A DNA stretch of 64,000 bases, taken from positions 129,306 through 193,305 of the forward strand of contig JACRDN010000016.1 in the NCBI GenBank assembly GCA_016218575.1, given 5' to 3'. Of the stretch, positions 1-9,963 are shown piece by piece (position 1 is the stretch's first letter; every line of letters starts with the position of its first letter). Origin of the DNA: Elusimicrobiota bacterium (lineage in GTDB: Bacteria; Elusimicrobiota; Elusimicrobia; UBA1565; UBA9628). The position numbers were made by a program, and so were the translations under genes. The notes beneath the pieces were generated by a model. It did no database searches and was not told the origin of the DNA. It was given only the letters and a program-made list of their open reading frames with translations.

Positions 1-130
1 GCCGAGCAGGCGGCCCGCGAATGCCGCAGCTAAGGCGGGCGAGCCGGCTAAATGGACGTGAATTACGTCGTATAGAGGAGCCTGACGCCAAAGGTAGATG
101 AACAGCGAGGCCATGAAACTAGCCGCATTT

Positions 131-161
131 AAAAATCCGGCTCCCCTGCAGGGGAGCCGGA
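131..161 (-). terminator. Rho-independent terminator ending the long minus-strand pil/glycosylation operon
   Basis: Perfect 11-bp inverted repeat TCCGGCTCCCC-TGCA-GGGGAGCCGGA at 136-161. Read on the minus strand, the stem is followed directly by TTTTTAAAT (plus 131-135 AAAAA). It lies about 180 bp downstream of the last minus-strand gene (end 338). Confidence 0.7.
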
Positions 162-337
162 TAACGGGAATCCCCCTCACGAATTCTCGACAAGAAAGGC
201 CCGGAAGCTTTCTGGTCAGGACGCGCACTCCCAGCCCGCGGCGCTGAAGCGCCACGGACAATTCCAACGCCTGATTCTCCGCTCCCCCGATGGATGGATG
301 GAAGCTCGCGCTCACCATCACGACGCGCAAGGCCGCT

Positions 338-1360
338 TCAGCCATGCTTGCGGCCGAGTATCCCGGGCTTGGGGACAAGCCCATGGGCCAAGATCTTGAG
401 CGGGTCAAAGCCGGCCTCCACGAACCAGGAGGCGAGCTCCTCCTTGGTGTGGTGGTATTGGTAGGGAGGGGCCAGCCAATCGAAGTTTTCTATCAGCCTC
501 ACGCGAAAGCGGGGGTGAACGGAAAAAGTGAGATACTTGATTCCCGGCAGGGCCCCGGCAAGGGCCAGAGGAAAGCACAGGACGTAGAGCAGGGGGATCG
601 GTAGGCGAGTAGTGAACATGCGCAGAAAGTCGCTGATCCAATGCCGCAGCGTAACAATGACCCAGGCCAGGCGGCGCCGCCGCCGGACCCAGGCGCGATC
701 CTCCCGGATGGGGTTGGTCGCGAACTCCTCGAACTTTCCCGCCTTGCCGTAAACCCAGACGCTTAAAAATCCGCCAGGCCTGACTCTTTGCGCGACCTGG
801 CGGAAGGCTTGCCCCGTGCCGGGAGCATGATGCAGCACTCCCTGGCTGTAGACGATGTCGAAGGCCCCTTTCTTCAAGGGCAGGCGCAGGAGGTCTCCCT
901 GCACCAGGTGCAGTCGGGGCTCGGCCTCGGCCGCTTGGCGCAGGCGCTCGAGACTTTCGGAAAGGTCCAGGGCCACGACCTCGGCCCCCAGGCTCAACGC
1001 CTCCAGGGCGTAACGCCCCATGCCGCAGCCCGCGTCGAGCACGAGCTTGCCCGCGAAGGCCTCGGCGGGTAGCTGGGTCTCCGCCAGGAATACCGCGCGG
1101 TCCTCGGGAAAGGACCCCGGATAGCGCATCCATTCCCACGCGAAGCTCTTGGCCGTGCGCCGATCCCGCCGGTCCTGCCCGGGGCCCAGGAGGCGGGGAA
1201 TGCCGCCTCTAATCGGATACTCCTTCCCGCAAGCCCGGCAGGCCAAACTCCCGAATTGCAGTTCGGTGACCTCCCGGGTCGGGTATTTCTCAAGCGCCGC
1301 GAATTTCATCTCCATGGCGCAGCAGGGAGAGGAAAGCCAGGTCAAAAGGCGCGGCTTCAT
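338..1360 (-). CDS. Class I SAM-dependent methyltransferase with N-terminal Cys-rich (Trm112-like Zn-ribbon) segment
   Basis: 340 aa. SAM-binding motif I VLDAGCGMGRYA, then acidic motif II (VVALDLS) and motif IV (LVQGDL). The N-terminus carries two Cys pairs (SSPCC ... CRACGK). The ATG overlaps the stop of the upstream gene (ATGA at 1357-1360). Confidence 0.75.
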   Translation of the reverse strand: MKPRLLTWLSSPCCAMEMKFAALEKYPTREVTELQFGSLACRACGKEYPIRGGIPRLLGPGQDRRDRRTAKSFAWEWMRYPGSFPEDRAVFLAETQLPAEAFAGKLVLDAGCGMGRYALEALSLGAEVVALDLSESLERLRQAAEAEPRLHLVQGDLLRLPLKKGAFDIVYSQGVLHHAPGTGQAFRQVAQRVRPGGFLSVWVYGKAGKFEEFATNPIREDRAWVRRRRRLAWVIVTLRHWISDFLRMFTTRLPIPLLYVLCFPLALAGALPGIKYLTFSVHPRFRVRLIENFDWLAPPYQYHHTKEELASWFVEAGFDPLKILAHGLVPKPGILGRKHG

Positions 1361-2337
1361 CGCCGCGCCTTTTCCAGGCCCGCCTTGAGCTCGCCCAAGG
1401 AAAGCCCGACGCGGTAAAGGAAAACCAAGCCCAAGAGCGTCACTATGAGGTACGACAGCATATGGCTGAAAAAAGCGTAGGCGAGAGCCTGATGGGGGCT
1501 CGCCCCGAAGGACTGCAAGAGGGACTTTACCATGGCCTCGAAGGTGCCGAAGGCCCCGGGAGCCGCGGGCAGGGCCGCCCCGGCTCCGGCCCAGGACAAA
1601 ATCAATATAGAGCGCGGGTAATCCACCATGGTCCCGAGGCCCAGGGACTGGGCTACGGCCCAGTAGAGCCCGGCGTCCACCCCCCAGAGGCCCAGGCTGA
1701 GCAGCGCGGCCTCGAGAGCGGTTTTAGGATCGGCCAGGGCCGCGGCTCCCTGCGCCAAGGGCAGGACCAGGCTTTGGACCTTGGGCCAGGGCTTAAGACG
1801 CTCCCTCAAGGCTCCCCCCGGTTGGAGCAGGCGCCTGGCCAAAACCAGGAAGCACAGGGCGCCGGCGATTCCGCAAAGGAGCAGGAGGGCTGCGCGGCGC
1901 AGGGCCGCCGGAACCAAGGGCGAGCCGACGCTGGCCGCGCAGAACAAGGTCAGAAGCGCGGCCACGTCCAGGACCCTTTCGACGGCGACGCTCGCCAAGG
2001 CGGTCAGCCAGGAAATTCCGAGCTCGCGCCCGGCCAGGAAAGCCCGGGCCAACTCGCCCAGGCGCAGGAAGAGCACGTTATTGACGGAAAGCCCGATCGC
2101 CTCGAGCCTCAGGCAGGCCCAAAAGCACTCCTTTTTGGATAACAGCAAGGTCCAGCGCCGCGAGCGCACCACGAGATCAAGGAGAACGATGCCCGACATC
2201 ATGGGCACCCAGCGCCAGCGCGCGCAGGCCAGAACCAACCAAAGCTCGGAAAGCGCCACGTTGCGCAGGGCCAGCCCCAGGAAAACCGCGGTGAAGGCCA
2301 GCCCCCCCGCCATGGAGAGAGCCTTGCCGTACTTCAT
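1357..2337 (-). CDS. UPF0104 / lysylphosphatidylglycerol-synthase-TM (flippase-like) family integral membrane protein
   Basis: 326 aa from the internal start MKYGK (the six-frame ORF extends upstream to 2607). Multiple TM helices and the family signature NNVLFLRLGELARAFLAGRELGISWLTALASVAVERVLD. The ATG overlaps the upstream stop (ATGA at 2334-2337). Confidence 0.65.
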   Translation of the reverse strand: MKYGKALSMAGGLAFTAVFLGLALRNVALSELWLVLACARWRWVPMMSGIVLLDLVVRSRRWTLLLSKKECFWACLRLEAIGLSVNNVLFLRLGELARAFLAGRELGISWLTALASVAVERVLDVAALLTLFCAASVGSPLVPAALRRAALLLLCGIAGALCFLVLARRLLQPGGALRERLKPWPKVQSLVLPLAQGAAALADPKTALEAALLSLGLWGVDAGLYWAVAQSLGLGTMVDYPRSILILSWAGAGAALPAAPGAFGTFEAMVKSLLQSFGASPHQALAYAFFSHMLSYLIVTLLGLVFLYRVGLSLGELKAGLEKARR

Positions 2338-4184
2338 GCCAAAAACCTCCGCGTCCAGAAAACGCCGCCGTAGATCCAGAGCCCGACGCTGAGCATGACC
2401 CAAACCGGCCAAAACGTGGGTCGGAAAATAATATCGATCTCTGCCGTGGAGGAATGGAAGTCGGCAGCATTCAAGAACTGAAGGAAGCCCTCCCAACGGC
2501 CAAGCGGAACCTCTTGGCCGTTTACATAGGTCCTCCAGCCCGGGTAGAAAGGCTGGGCCAAGACCAGGCTCCCGGCCTCGCCGGGGACGCGGGCCCGCAG
2601 ACGCCAATGCTCCGGGCGCGCGATTTCGAGTTTCACGTAATTTTTGACGGCGGCCCCGGAAAGGCCGACGAAATAAGCCAAAGGCAGGGCGGCGGGATTA
2701 TGACGCCATTGCCCGTCTTCGGCCAGGAAATATTTCACCCCCAGACGGCTCATCTCGAGAGTTTCGTGGCGGCGCAGATAGCCTCGGCTGGCGTCCACCG
2801 CGGCGCGGCCTTCGCTCTTGGCCGCGTACTCCGGGAAAGCCGAGAGAAAAAAAGCCTCGTAGCCGTTCACGTTCATGGCGCGGTAGAGCATGGTTTTATT
2901 GGGGTTGGCAAGCTCTGGATCGGTAATGAGCCGCCAAGCGCCTCCCCCCATTTGCTGGGCGAAGCTGGCGCTAGGCCTAAGATAGGGCAGGTTCTCCTCG
3001 GGGCGCAGATATGCCCAGTCCCAAACCAGGAGGTCCAAAGCCAAAACGGCAACCAACGTTCCCCCAGCTCCAGCGGAAAACCGCCTTCGCCGCTGGAGCA
3101 GCTTCCACCCCGCCCCTGCGGCCAGGATCAAGCCCCAAAGGCATAAAAACAAATAGCGGGAGGGAGTCCTTAAAAACCCGAGGGGGGTCCAAGACAGAAG
3201 GGCGCGGTAGAAGGGATTGCGGCCGCCAGAGGCCAGGAAGAGGCCCGCGCCCAATAAAATCCAGCTCCGCCGCGCCTTGCCCGAACAGAGACCGAAAGCC
3301 GCCAGGACCAGGCCCAAAAGCCCTACGTAGACCCCGGAGGTCTCGAAAAATACCGAGGGAGGGCCGGAGTAGCCGCCGCCCACCGGACTGCCCCAGGCTC
3401 CGGGGAAGAGCCACGAGGCCAAGGTTTTCAGCTCGAAGGAGTAGCCCAAGGCGAAGTCGAGCGGCCAGCCCCGGCGCCCCGATTGACCCAAAAATTCCAA
3501 AGTGGGCGCGGACTGGACCGCGCACAAGCCCAAAGCCAGGAGACCCTCGCGCGCCAAGGCGCGCCCGGTCTTGCCGATGGAGGGCGAGGAAGCGGCCCAA
3601 AGAGCCAAGGCCATGGCGTTGGCGATCATGAACTGCGGGTGCCCGGAAAGGAACTGCAAAGCCCAGCAGGCGGCAAGGGCCCCAGGGGCGCCGCTGAGCC
3701 ACGCGAGCCAGCACCAAGGCGCCCAGGCCAGGCTCGAGAGCAGGGTGGGGATCCCCTCGGTTATCCGGTACACCAAGAAGGGGGAGAGGGCGTAGGCCAA
3801 AGATAGGGATAAGGAGCCGGAGCTCGATAGCCTTTGGCTCCGGCTCAGAAGAAAAATCCCCAATCCCGACCAGAACACGTGGAAAAGACAATCCCAGCTC
3901 AACGCCAGGCTCAGCGGGAATATCCCGCATAGCGCGGAAACGGGATAAAAAAACGCCGCTTGGGAATTGGCCAGCAGGGGAAGGCCCGCGAAGATGTAGG
4001 GATTCCAGAAGGGCAGGCGCCCGGCCTGGAGCGAGCTCCATGCCAGGTGGCGCAGGGGATAATGGTAAGTATAGAGGTCTCCAAAATTTTTGAAGGAAAG
4101 GCCCGGGCAGAGCCAGACTGGAAAAGAAATCGCCAAGATGAGCAGAGCCCAGACAACGAGCAAGGAAAAATCCCTGGGTGTCAT
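2334..4184 (-). CDS. YfhO-family polytopic membrane protein (GT-C type glycosyltransferase candidate)
   Basis: 616 aa, at least 12 TM segments. N-terminal block FGDLYTYHYPLRHLAWSSLQAGRLPFWNPYIFAGLP is typical of YfhO-like proteins. A large C-terminal periplasmic domain follows. The ATG at 4184 overlaps the upstream stop (ATGA). Confidence 0.6.
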   Translation of the reverse strand: MTPRDFSLLVVWALLILAISFPVWLCPGLSFKNFGDLYTYHYPLRHLAWSSLQAGRLPFWNPYIFAGLPLLANSQAAFFYPVSALCGIFPLSLALSWDCLFHVFWSGLGIFLLSRSQRLSSSGSLSLSLAYALSPFLVYRITEGIPTLLSSLAWAPWCWLAWLSGAPGALAACWALQFLSGHPQFMIANAMALALWAASSPSIGKTGRALAREGLLALGLCAVQSAPTLEFLGQSGRRGWPLDFALGYSFELKTLASWLFPGAWGSPVGGGYSGPPSVFFETSGVYVGLLGLVLAAFGLCSGKARRSWILLGAGLFLASGGRNPFYRALLSWTPLGFLRTPSRYLFLCLWGLILAAGAGWKLLQRRRRFSAGAGGTLVAVLALDLLVWDWAYLRPEENLPYLRPSASFAQQMGGGAWRLITDPELANPNKTMLYRAMNVNGYEAFFLSAFPEYAAKSEGRAAVDASRGYLRRHETLEMSRLGVKYFLAEDGQWRHNPAALPLAYFVGLSGAAVKNYVKLEIARPEHWRLRARVPGEAGSLVLAQPFYPGWRTYVNGQEVPLGRWEGFLQFLNAADFHSSTAEIDIIFRPTFWPVWVMLSVGLWIYGGVFWTRRFLA

Positions 4185-6124
4185 TTTTGGAGCGCCATGA
4201 AAAGCCGCGCTCGATTATACCAATAGCGGGCCAGCGCCAGGAGAGAGGCTAAAGTCAGAGCCAGCCCCCAGCGGAAGCTCGCTGGCCGGTAGAGGAAATG
4301 AAGGGTCCACGGCCCCGGAGGCGCCAATAGCTTTTGGAAGGCCCCCAAGGCGGGAAGGCTGTCCACCTCGGCGGCCCGGGGCGGAGCCTCAAGCCATGAC
4401 CGCCACCCGGGATAGCGCGGCAGGGAAACGTAGATCCAGCGCGGCTTGTCCTCGTCGCCAAATATCTGGAGCCGGTCCTCGCGCGGGCTCTGCCAGGCAA
4501 GTGGCGAGCCTGGCTCGCCGTCGAGCCAGGCGATAGAAAGTGCTTCCGGAAGTTTCTGTCCATCCTCCAGGCTCAACGCGTAAGCTCGCGAGATCCGCCC
4601 CTTTTTCCGGTAGATCCGCCAGAGAACGCTTCCCTCATGACTCAGCCCCGGGGATCCGGCCAGGGGCTTCGGCGTCATCAGATAACGGATGCCGGCCCAG
4701 GGAAAAAAGGCCGCGGCGGCCTGCGCGCTCGGCGCCCGGTAAAGGGCGTCCATCCACTCGTAGTTGCGCCGCGGCACCAGGGGCTCCCCGAAGTTGGCGG
4801 CAGCACTCAGGCGGAAGGGGGCGTTGGTGAGGCCGTAAAGCCGGTGCTTCCAATCCCAAACGTCGGAGCCCTCGTGCTTTTCCAAGGCCAGGGGAGAGAG
4901 AAGATACCGGTCGGGGCCTAGGCGATTTTGTAGCAGTCGCACCAAGGGCCCGGCCGATGTGAAGAGTCCCCTTGGTGCGGTGGGTGAGCCTCCAATGGCG
5001 TACAGGAAAAGTTCGCCAGCTATCGCCGCCAAAATCCAAGGAGAGCGTTTGCCCATTCCCACTGCCGTCAACAGGGCCAAGGCGGGCAAGGCTAAATAGG
5101 CCATATTCCCCGGATAGCGCACGAAGCGCAGAGGCGCGAAATGAGCCCAAAGCCAAGCCGAAGCCACGTTGGAGTCTCCCAAAAGAAGGAGAGCCGTGAA
5201 CGCCAAAAAAACCGCAAGAAGCGCGGCCCTCCGAGTCTTGAGCCCCGCCAGGCCCAGCACCGCCAGGGAAAATCCCGAGAATCCGATATAGCTGCATTGC
5301 CACCATCGCCTCGCCGGATCGAAGCTCCGGGAGAGCCACGGACTCACCCATTGCCACAAATCCCTCGGCGCGTAGCCAAAGCGCAGGGCCTCCTCCAGAC
5401 CGAGGCCCCCCGAGCGCCTGGAATTGGCGAAAAGCTCGAGGGCTGGAAGTAATAGGCAAGCCGTTAAAAGAAGAGCCTGTGCCCCTCCCAGCGTCCAAGC
5501 TCTGGCGGCTTCCAAAATTGTCTTGCCCTTCCGAAAATTGGCGAGCGCCAAAAATAGAATCCAAGCCGCCGCCATGGACCCGGCCAGGAAGGGCGGATAG
5601 CCCGCCCAGAAGGCTAGAGACAGCGACAAACCTAGAAGAGCGGGCCGTCGGAAAAATAGAAGAAAAGCGGGAACCAAAGACAGCAAAGCCAGATGATTGA
5701 GAAAAGGCAGGCGGCTGGCAAGGAACCCTCCCAGCCCGTAGCAAAGTCCCCCGGCCCAGCAGGCCCGGCGCGGAAGTCCCAGGGACCTCAGCCATAGAGC
5801 CGTCAATAAGCCCGCCAGCCAATAATGGAAAAGCTGAAACAGGGCCGCGGCCGTGGCGAAGCCGAAAATCATGAAGAGGGCGTTTCCCGGGTAGAAAAAG
5901 GAGTCCTGCATGGTGGCGGCCTGGGGCATGCCCATGTAGAGGTAGGGATTCCAGAGAGGGACCCGCCCTTGGGCCAAAGATTGGGCTTGGAACGCCTTCC
6001 AGGGATGGTGGATGTAGGTAAGGTCTCCCCAGAAAAAAGAAAGGCCGCGGCACCAGACCGGCAAAAACAACGCCAATAGGACGCAAAGCCAAAGCCCCGC
6101 CGCCGCGAGATCGCGGTCCCTCAT
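4181..6124 (-). CDS. YfhO-family polytopic membrane protein, paralog of 2334-4184
   Basis: 647 aa from internal start MRDRDLAAAGLW (the six-frame ORF runs to 6496; the internal start gives an ATGA overlap with the upstream gene at 6121-6124). Carries the same block as its neighbour: FWGDLTYIHHPWKAFQAQSLAQGRVPLWNPYLYMGMP. Confidence 0.6.
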   Translation of the reverse strand: MRDRDLAAAGLWLCVLLALFLPVWCRGLSFFWGDLTYIHHPWKAFQAQSLAQGRVPLWNPYLYMGMPQAATMQDSFFYPGNALFMIFGFATAAALFQLFHYWLAGLLTALWLRSLGLPRRACWAGGLCYGLGGFLASRLPFLNHLALLSLVPAFLLFFRRPALLGLSLSLAFWAGYPPFLAGSMAAAWILFLALANFRKGKTILEAARAWTLGGAQALLLTACLLLPALELFANSRRSGGLGLEEALRFGYAPRDLWQWVSPWLSRSFDPARRWWQCSYIGFSGFSLAVLGLAGLKTRRAALLAVFLAFTALLLLGDSNVASAWLWAHFAPLRFVRYPGNMAYLALPALALLTAVGMGKRSPWILAAIAGELFLYAIGGSPTAPRGLFTSAGPLVRLLQNRLGPDRYLLSPLALEKHEGSDVWDWKHRLYGLTNAPFRLSAAANFGEPLVPRRNYEWMDALYRAPSAQAAAAFFPWAGIRYLMTPKPLAGSPGLSHEGSVLWRIYRKKGRISRAYALSLEDGQKLPEALSIAWLDGEPGSPLAWQSPREDRLQIFGDEDKPRWIYVSLPRYPGWRSWLEAPPRAAEVDSLPALGAFQKLLAPPGPWTLHFLYRPASFRWGLALTLASLLALARYWYNRARLFMALQK

Positions 6125-7590
6125 GGCCGGGCGGCGCGCAAGGCCGGGCAGAATAGAGCTCCATGCCCCATGGCTTGGAGGGCTCTCCCGGGCTCGCCCA
6201 ACTCCAGGTAGACACGACTGAGCGCCGACCAGGATGAGGCGCGGTAAGGGTTGAGTTCCGTGGAAACCTCGAGGTGCGCCGCGGCCCGGACCAAATGAGC
6301 CCCGCGGTCGGGACCGGCCTTGGCCAGGCCCATCTCCATCTCCGCGGCGTAACGCTCGGTCTCGGGATGGCGCAAGAGGTGAGACGAGCCCTCCAAAAGA
6401 GACAAGACCTCCCCCGGGGGGGCTCCGCTCTTGGCCTTCTCGACGGCTTGGGCCTTGAGCCTGTCGGCTTGCCACCCTCTCCAGGTCCAGGAGCAAAGCC
6501 CGTAAGCCAGAGTCGCGACCAAAAGGCCCAAGGGGAGCTTGCGCCCGGAGGCGATGTTTACCCCGCGCTTGCTTTCCGATATGGTCGAGGCCGAGAAATA
6601 GCAGAAAAGCCAGAAATTAGCCGGGATGGAGAGGGAATAGTCCCATAGGGATTGGATCAGGATGGCCACGGCCCCGAAGCGCTTATGGGAGCCCCCGCGC
6701 CGCAGACAATGCAGAAGCCCGGCCGTCCAGATCAGCACATAGGGTAGCCCGCTTTCGGCGGCCGTTTCCAAGAAGTGCTGGTGGGCATAAAGCGCGGAGA
6801 GATCCACCCCCGGCCTCTGATAGGCAGGCAGGGCGTAGGCGAAGCTATTCGGACCCAGGCCCAACCAAGGCCGGTCCCAAACCATGCGCAGGGCCGCCTG
6901 CCACCAGTACCAGCGATGCAGGACGTCCGGCGACTTGAGCTTGGCGTATATGATGACCAGACAGACCAGGCCGATGGCCGTGCCCACGCGGTAGGCCGCG
7001 GAGCCGGCCTGGCGCCGGTTGAGCGTCAAGGCCCCGGCCAGGCCCAGCCAAGCTCCGACGCTGCGCGACCAAGCCAAGGCGCACAAAAGCCCGGCGCAGA
7101 GGATCCAGTCCCTCTTTTGAACGCAAAGGGGAAGCAGCATGAGCACCGTTCCCGCGAAAATATTCTGGTTGAGGAAGGCGCTGGAAGGCCTTTCGATCCC
7201 CTGCCGGAAATGCTGGTAGAACGCCAAGAGGACCAGGACCCAGGCGACGGCGCGAACGGCCTCGTCCACGGCCGAGCGCTCGTCCTTGGAGACCGCCATG
7301 ATCGCCGGAAAAATCCACAGTCCCAGGAGGAGGGCCCTCCAGGCCGGGATGGAGTAGCTCGCAACCGGGCTTGAGAACGCCGCCCAGCCGGAGAGTGCGG
7401 CCAAGACTCCGGTCCAGGCCAGGTTCCTGGTGGAGGGAAGGGGAAAGTAGCCCACGAAGAGCCGAAAAAGGACCCATAGGGCGGATCCGCAGACGACCGC
7501 GATAAAAAGGAGGGATTGCGCCCAAAGGTCCCAACTCCCCCGGAGCAGCGGGCCCCCCGCGACCAGGAGCCCGATGAGCAGCGGAAGCAC
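6121..7590 (-). CDS. Wzy_C / O-antigen-ligase-family membrane protein (WaaL/PglL/TfpO-like) with C-terminal soluble helical region
   Basis: 489 aa, about 10 TM segments. Periplasmic loop motif YAHQHFLETAAESGLPYVL matches the H-x-x-[FY]-L-[EQ]-x-x-[AG]-E-x-G signature of O-antigen ligases and O-oligosaccharyltransferases. GTG start at 7590, 10 nt after the pilQ stop. Confidence 0.65.
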   Translation of the reverse strand: MLPLLIGLLVAGGPLLRGSWDLWAQSLLFIAVVCGSALWVLFRLFVGYFPLPSTRNLAWTGVLAALSGWAAFSSPVASYSIPAWRALLLGLWIFPAIMAVSKDERSAVDEAVRAVAWVLVLLAFYQHFRQGIERPSSAFLNQNIFAGTVLMLLPLCVQKRDWILCAGLLCALAWSRSVGAWLGLAGALTLNRRQAGSAAYRVGTAIGLVCLVIIYAKLKSPDVLHRWYWWQAALRMVWDRPWLGLGPNSFAYALPAYQRPGVDLSALYAHQHFLETAAESGLPYVLIWTAGLLHCLRRGGSHKRFGAVAILIQSLWDYSLSIPANFWLFCYFSASTISESKRGVNIASGRKLPLGLLVATLAYGLCSWTWRGWQADRLKAQAVEKAKSGAPPGEVLSLLEGSSHLLRHPETERYAAEMEMGLAKAGPDRGAHLVRAAAHLEVSTELNPYRASSWSALSRVYLELGEPGRALQAMGHGALFCPALRAARP

Positions 7591-7600
7591 GATGAGAGCG

Positions 7601-9505
7601 CTAGTCCTGGAGAATCTTGGTCGTGACGAAGATCAAGAGCTCGTTGCGGGTCCTGGTCAGGGCCTTTTTCTTGAAGAACCAGCCCAAGAGCGGAATGTCC
7701 CCGAGCAGGGGAACCTTGGCGATGGTGTTGCTCATGGTGTCGCTGATGAGGCCACCAATGACTATGGTCTCGCCGTCGCGCACCAGGATGGTGGTCTTGG
7801 CGTTGCGCGAGTCCACGGCCGGGGCCCCGGTGGCGCTGGCCGCGATCGTGGAGGAAGGTTGGCTCACCACGGGGTTGAGATCGAGGGTGATGCGCCCGTC
7901 GGCGTTGATGCTGGGGGTCACCGAGAGCTGGATGCCGGTGACGGCGTAGGACACGGTCTGGGTCTGCACGCCGGTCGAGGCGACGTTGGAGGTGACGTAG
8001 GGAATCGAGGTCGTCACGTTGATGTTGGCGGCCTGGTTGTTCAAGGTCGCGACCTTGGGGTCGGAGAGGACCTTCACCTTTCCTTGGGTCGCGGCGGCCG
8101 AGAGAGTGGCGGAGAGGAAGTACGTGTTCGTAATGCGCCCGATCGTAAGCGCCCCGAATATGGAGGAGGCCGGCAGGCTCACGCCCGTGCCCCGCCCTCC
8201 AGCGCCCGGCCCGACCACCGCGGGCGTGGCGTTAAGATCCAAGGGCCTGGCCTGAGCCGTGGCGACGGGGCTCTCGTTGGTGCCGATGAGGTTGGTGCCC
8301 TGTTTGCCGCCGATGCGGGCCGGATCGAGGGACTTGTAGTCCCATTGGATGCCGTAGTGAAGGGAATTATTGAGGCTGACCTCGATGAGCTTGACCTCGA
8401 TGAGGACTTGCTTGGGGCGCACATCGAGCTGGGCCACCAGGCGCTCGGTCTCGGCCAGGCCCTCGATGGAGTCGGTGACGACCAAGGAATTGGTCTTGGC
8501 ATCGGATAGGGCCACGCCGGTGCTGCGCCCCTGGGCCAGGCGCACTTGGTTGACCATGGACAGGATCTCCGAAGCCTTGGTGTAGTTCAAGGGCAGCACC
8601 TTGGTGACGGTGGCGGCCGCGGACTGGGCCTTGGCCAGGGCCCCGGGAGTCAGAATCCTGAGTATGTTGTCTCCCACCTGGGTGGTGGACAGGTTGGTCA
8701 TGGAGAGAATGGTCCGAAAGGCCTCGTTGAAGGGGACGTCGGCCAGATGCAAGGTCAAAGTCCCGTTCACGTCGGGTCCGTAAATGATGTTGATCTTGGC
8801 CTTGGCCGACAGGAGCTTGATGATATCCTTGATGTCGGTGCCGTCGAAATCCAGGGAGACCGGATCCTTGGGCAGGCGGCTCATGATGTCGGCCCTCGGC
8901 GCCCGCGGACTCCCCGAGCCGGCCTTGGCCGGGCGCGCTTCCGGCGTCGGCGGCGGCTCCTTGGCGGCTTGCTCATCTATGTTGACGTCGGACTTGGCCG
9001 CCATGGCGGCAAGCTCCGAGGCCGCCTGGGTATTGACTCCTCCCGCCTCGCGGGCCGGACCGGCCGCGGCTGGGACCTGGACCTTGGGCCGAGGCTTGCC
9101 CTCGGGGTCGGGCCCCAAGCGCACGGTAAGGACGTTGTCCTCCTTGAGGACCTTATAGCCCGCCGGCTCGGAGAGGTCCATGACCACCCTCGCGATCATG
9201 GCGGGGCTCCTCTGGAACTGCCCGACGCGCACGCCCTTTAAGTATTTCCCCTTGCCGGCCCAAGACTTAGCACCCAGGCTGTTCTCGGCGCCCATGAGCT
9301 CCAGGACGACGCGAGGCGAGGGGGAGGCCGTGGTGAAGGCGTTGTACTCGGCCTCCTCGCTCAACAAAACTTGGACTTGATCGGGGCTCACCTCGAGGCT
9401 GGTGAGATACGCGGTCTCGGCGGCCCACGCCGGCAGGGCCGCGCCGCCGGGCAAGATCAGGACGACCGCCAGGACCCAGGCCAGGCTTTTCTTGAGTAGT
9501 GTCAC
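7601..9505 (-). CDS. pilQ: Type IV pilus secretin PilQ
   Basis: 634 aa. Signal peptide, N-terminal AMIN-like domain, and the C-terminal secretin signature (...VRDGETIVIGGLISD...VPLLGDIPLLGWFFKKK...). GTG start overlaps the pilP stop (GTGA). Confidence 0.9.
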   Translation of the reverse strand: MTLLKKSLAWVLAVVLILPGGAALPAWAAETAYLTSLEVSPDQVQVLLSEEAEYNAFTTASPSPRVVLELMGAENSLGAKSWAGKGKYLKGVRVGQFQRSPAMIARVVMDLSEPAGYKVLKEDNVLTVRLGPDPEGKPRPKVQVPAAAGPAREAGGVNTQAASELAAMAAKSDVNIDEQAAKEPPPTPEARPAKAGSGSPRAPRADIMSRLPKDPVSLDFDGTDIKDIIKLLSAKAKINIIYGPDVNGTLTLHLADVPFNEAFRTILSMTNLSTTQVGDNILRILTPGALAKAQSAAATVTKVLPLNYTKASEILSMVNQVRLAQGRSTGVALSDAKTNSLVVTDSIEGLAETERLVAQLDVRPKQVLIEVKLIEVSLNNSLHYGIQWDYKSLDPARIGGKQGTNLIGTNESPVATAQARPLDLNATPAVVGPGAGGRGTGVSLPASSIFGALTIGRITNTYFLSATLSAAATQGKVKVLSDPKVATLNNQAANINVTTSIPYVTSNVASTGVQTQTVSYAVTGIQLSVTPSINADGRITLDLNPVVSQPSSTIAASATGAPAVDSRNAKTTILVRDGETIVIGGLISDTMSNTIAKVPLLGDIPLLGWFFKKKALTRTRNELLIFVTTKILQD

Positions 9506-9963
9506 TTTGGCTCCTCCTCCCCTAATCGGAAAACCTGCACGTCCTTGTCCTCGGTCATCAGATGGGCCGTCTTCTTTTTCACGTTGATGGAGCCGGCCAC
9601 GCCCGCGACCATCTTGCCCCGATCGTCGTAAAGCTTCCCCTTGCGAAGAATGAAGCTGACTCCGAAATTGTTGTCGTTGAAAAGGGCGTACTCCACGCCG
9701 GAATCCTTCATGATCCCCTTGAGAGAGAGGTTGTGAATGTTGAAATCCTCCCGGTCGAAGGGCTTGCCGGTGTTGGCGCGCGATGAGCCGCTGGCGGCTG
9801 GGGTGAAGGGATCGCGCAGCTTTTCCACGGTATAGATGGAGCCGACGCTCGGCGCCGGCGCCGTGGAGGCCTTGACCTCGACCGGTTTGCCTCCCGGCTC
9901 GAGAGCTTGAGTCGAGACTCCGGCTAGGAACATCAAGACAGCCAAAACTTTCGCCATGTCCAT
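9502..9963 (-). CDS. pilP: Type IV pilus assembly lipoprotein PilP
   Basis: 153 aa. Signal peptide, Pro/Ala-rich linker and a C-terminal beta domain. Position between pilO and pilQ. Confidence 0.8.
   Translation of the reverse strand: MDMAKVLAVLMFLAGVSTQALEPGGKPVEVKASTAPAPSVGSIYTVEKLRDPFTPAASGSSRANTGKPFDREDFNIHNLSLKGIMKDSGVEYALFNDNNFGVSFILRKGKLYDDRGKMVAGVAGSINVKKKTAHLMTEDKDVQVFRLGEEEPK

Noticed and set aside
1-31. Possible 3' end of a plus-strand gene (…AEQAARECRS*) at the very start of the window.
   Set aside because: Only 10 codons are visible. It cannot be supported from this window.
290-604. Plus-strand 104-aa ORF at the window start.
   Set aside because: It lies antisense to the 3' end of the methyltransferase gene and spans the terminator region. 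It has no motifs and low coding character.
405-9241. Long ORFs antisense to or overlapping the first operon, for example 405-1139, 1462-2142, 1781-2392, 2454-3146, 2977-4041, 3011-3631, 4635-6215, 6845-7534, 7574-8509, 8546-9241.
   Set aside because: Each lies opposite a gene with clear family signatures. Their translations are Arg/Pro/Gly-rich low-complexity sequence, as expected from stop-codon-poor antisense frames in 65% GC DNA. None has a recognisable domain.
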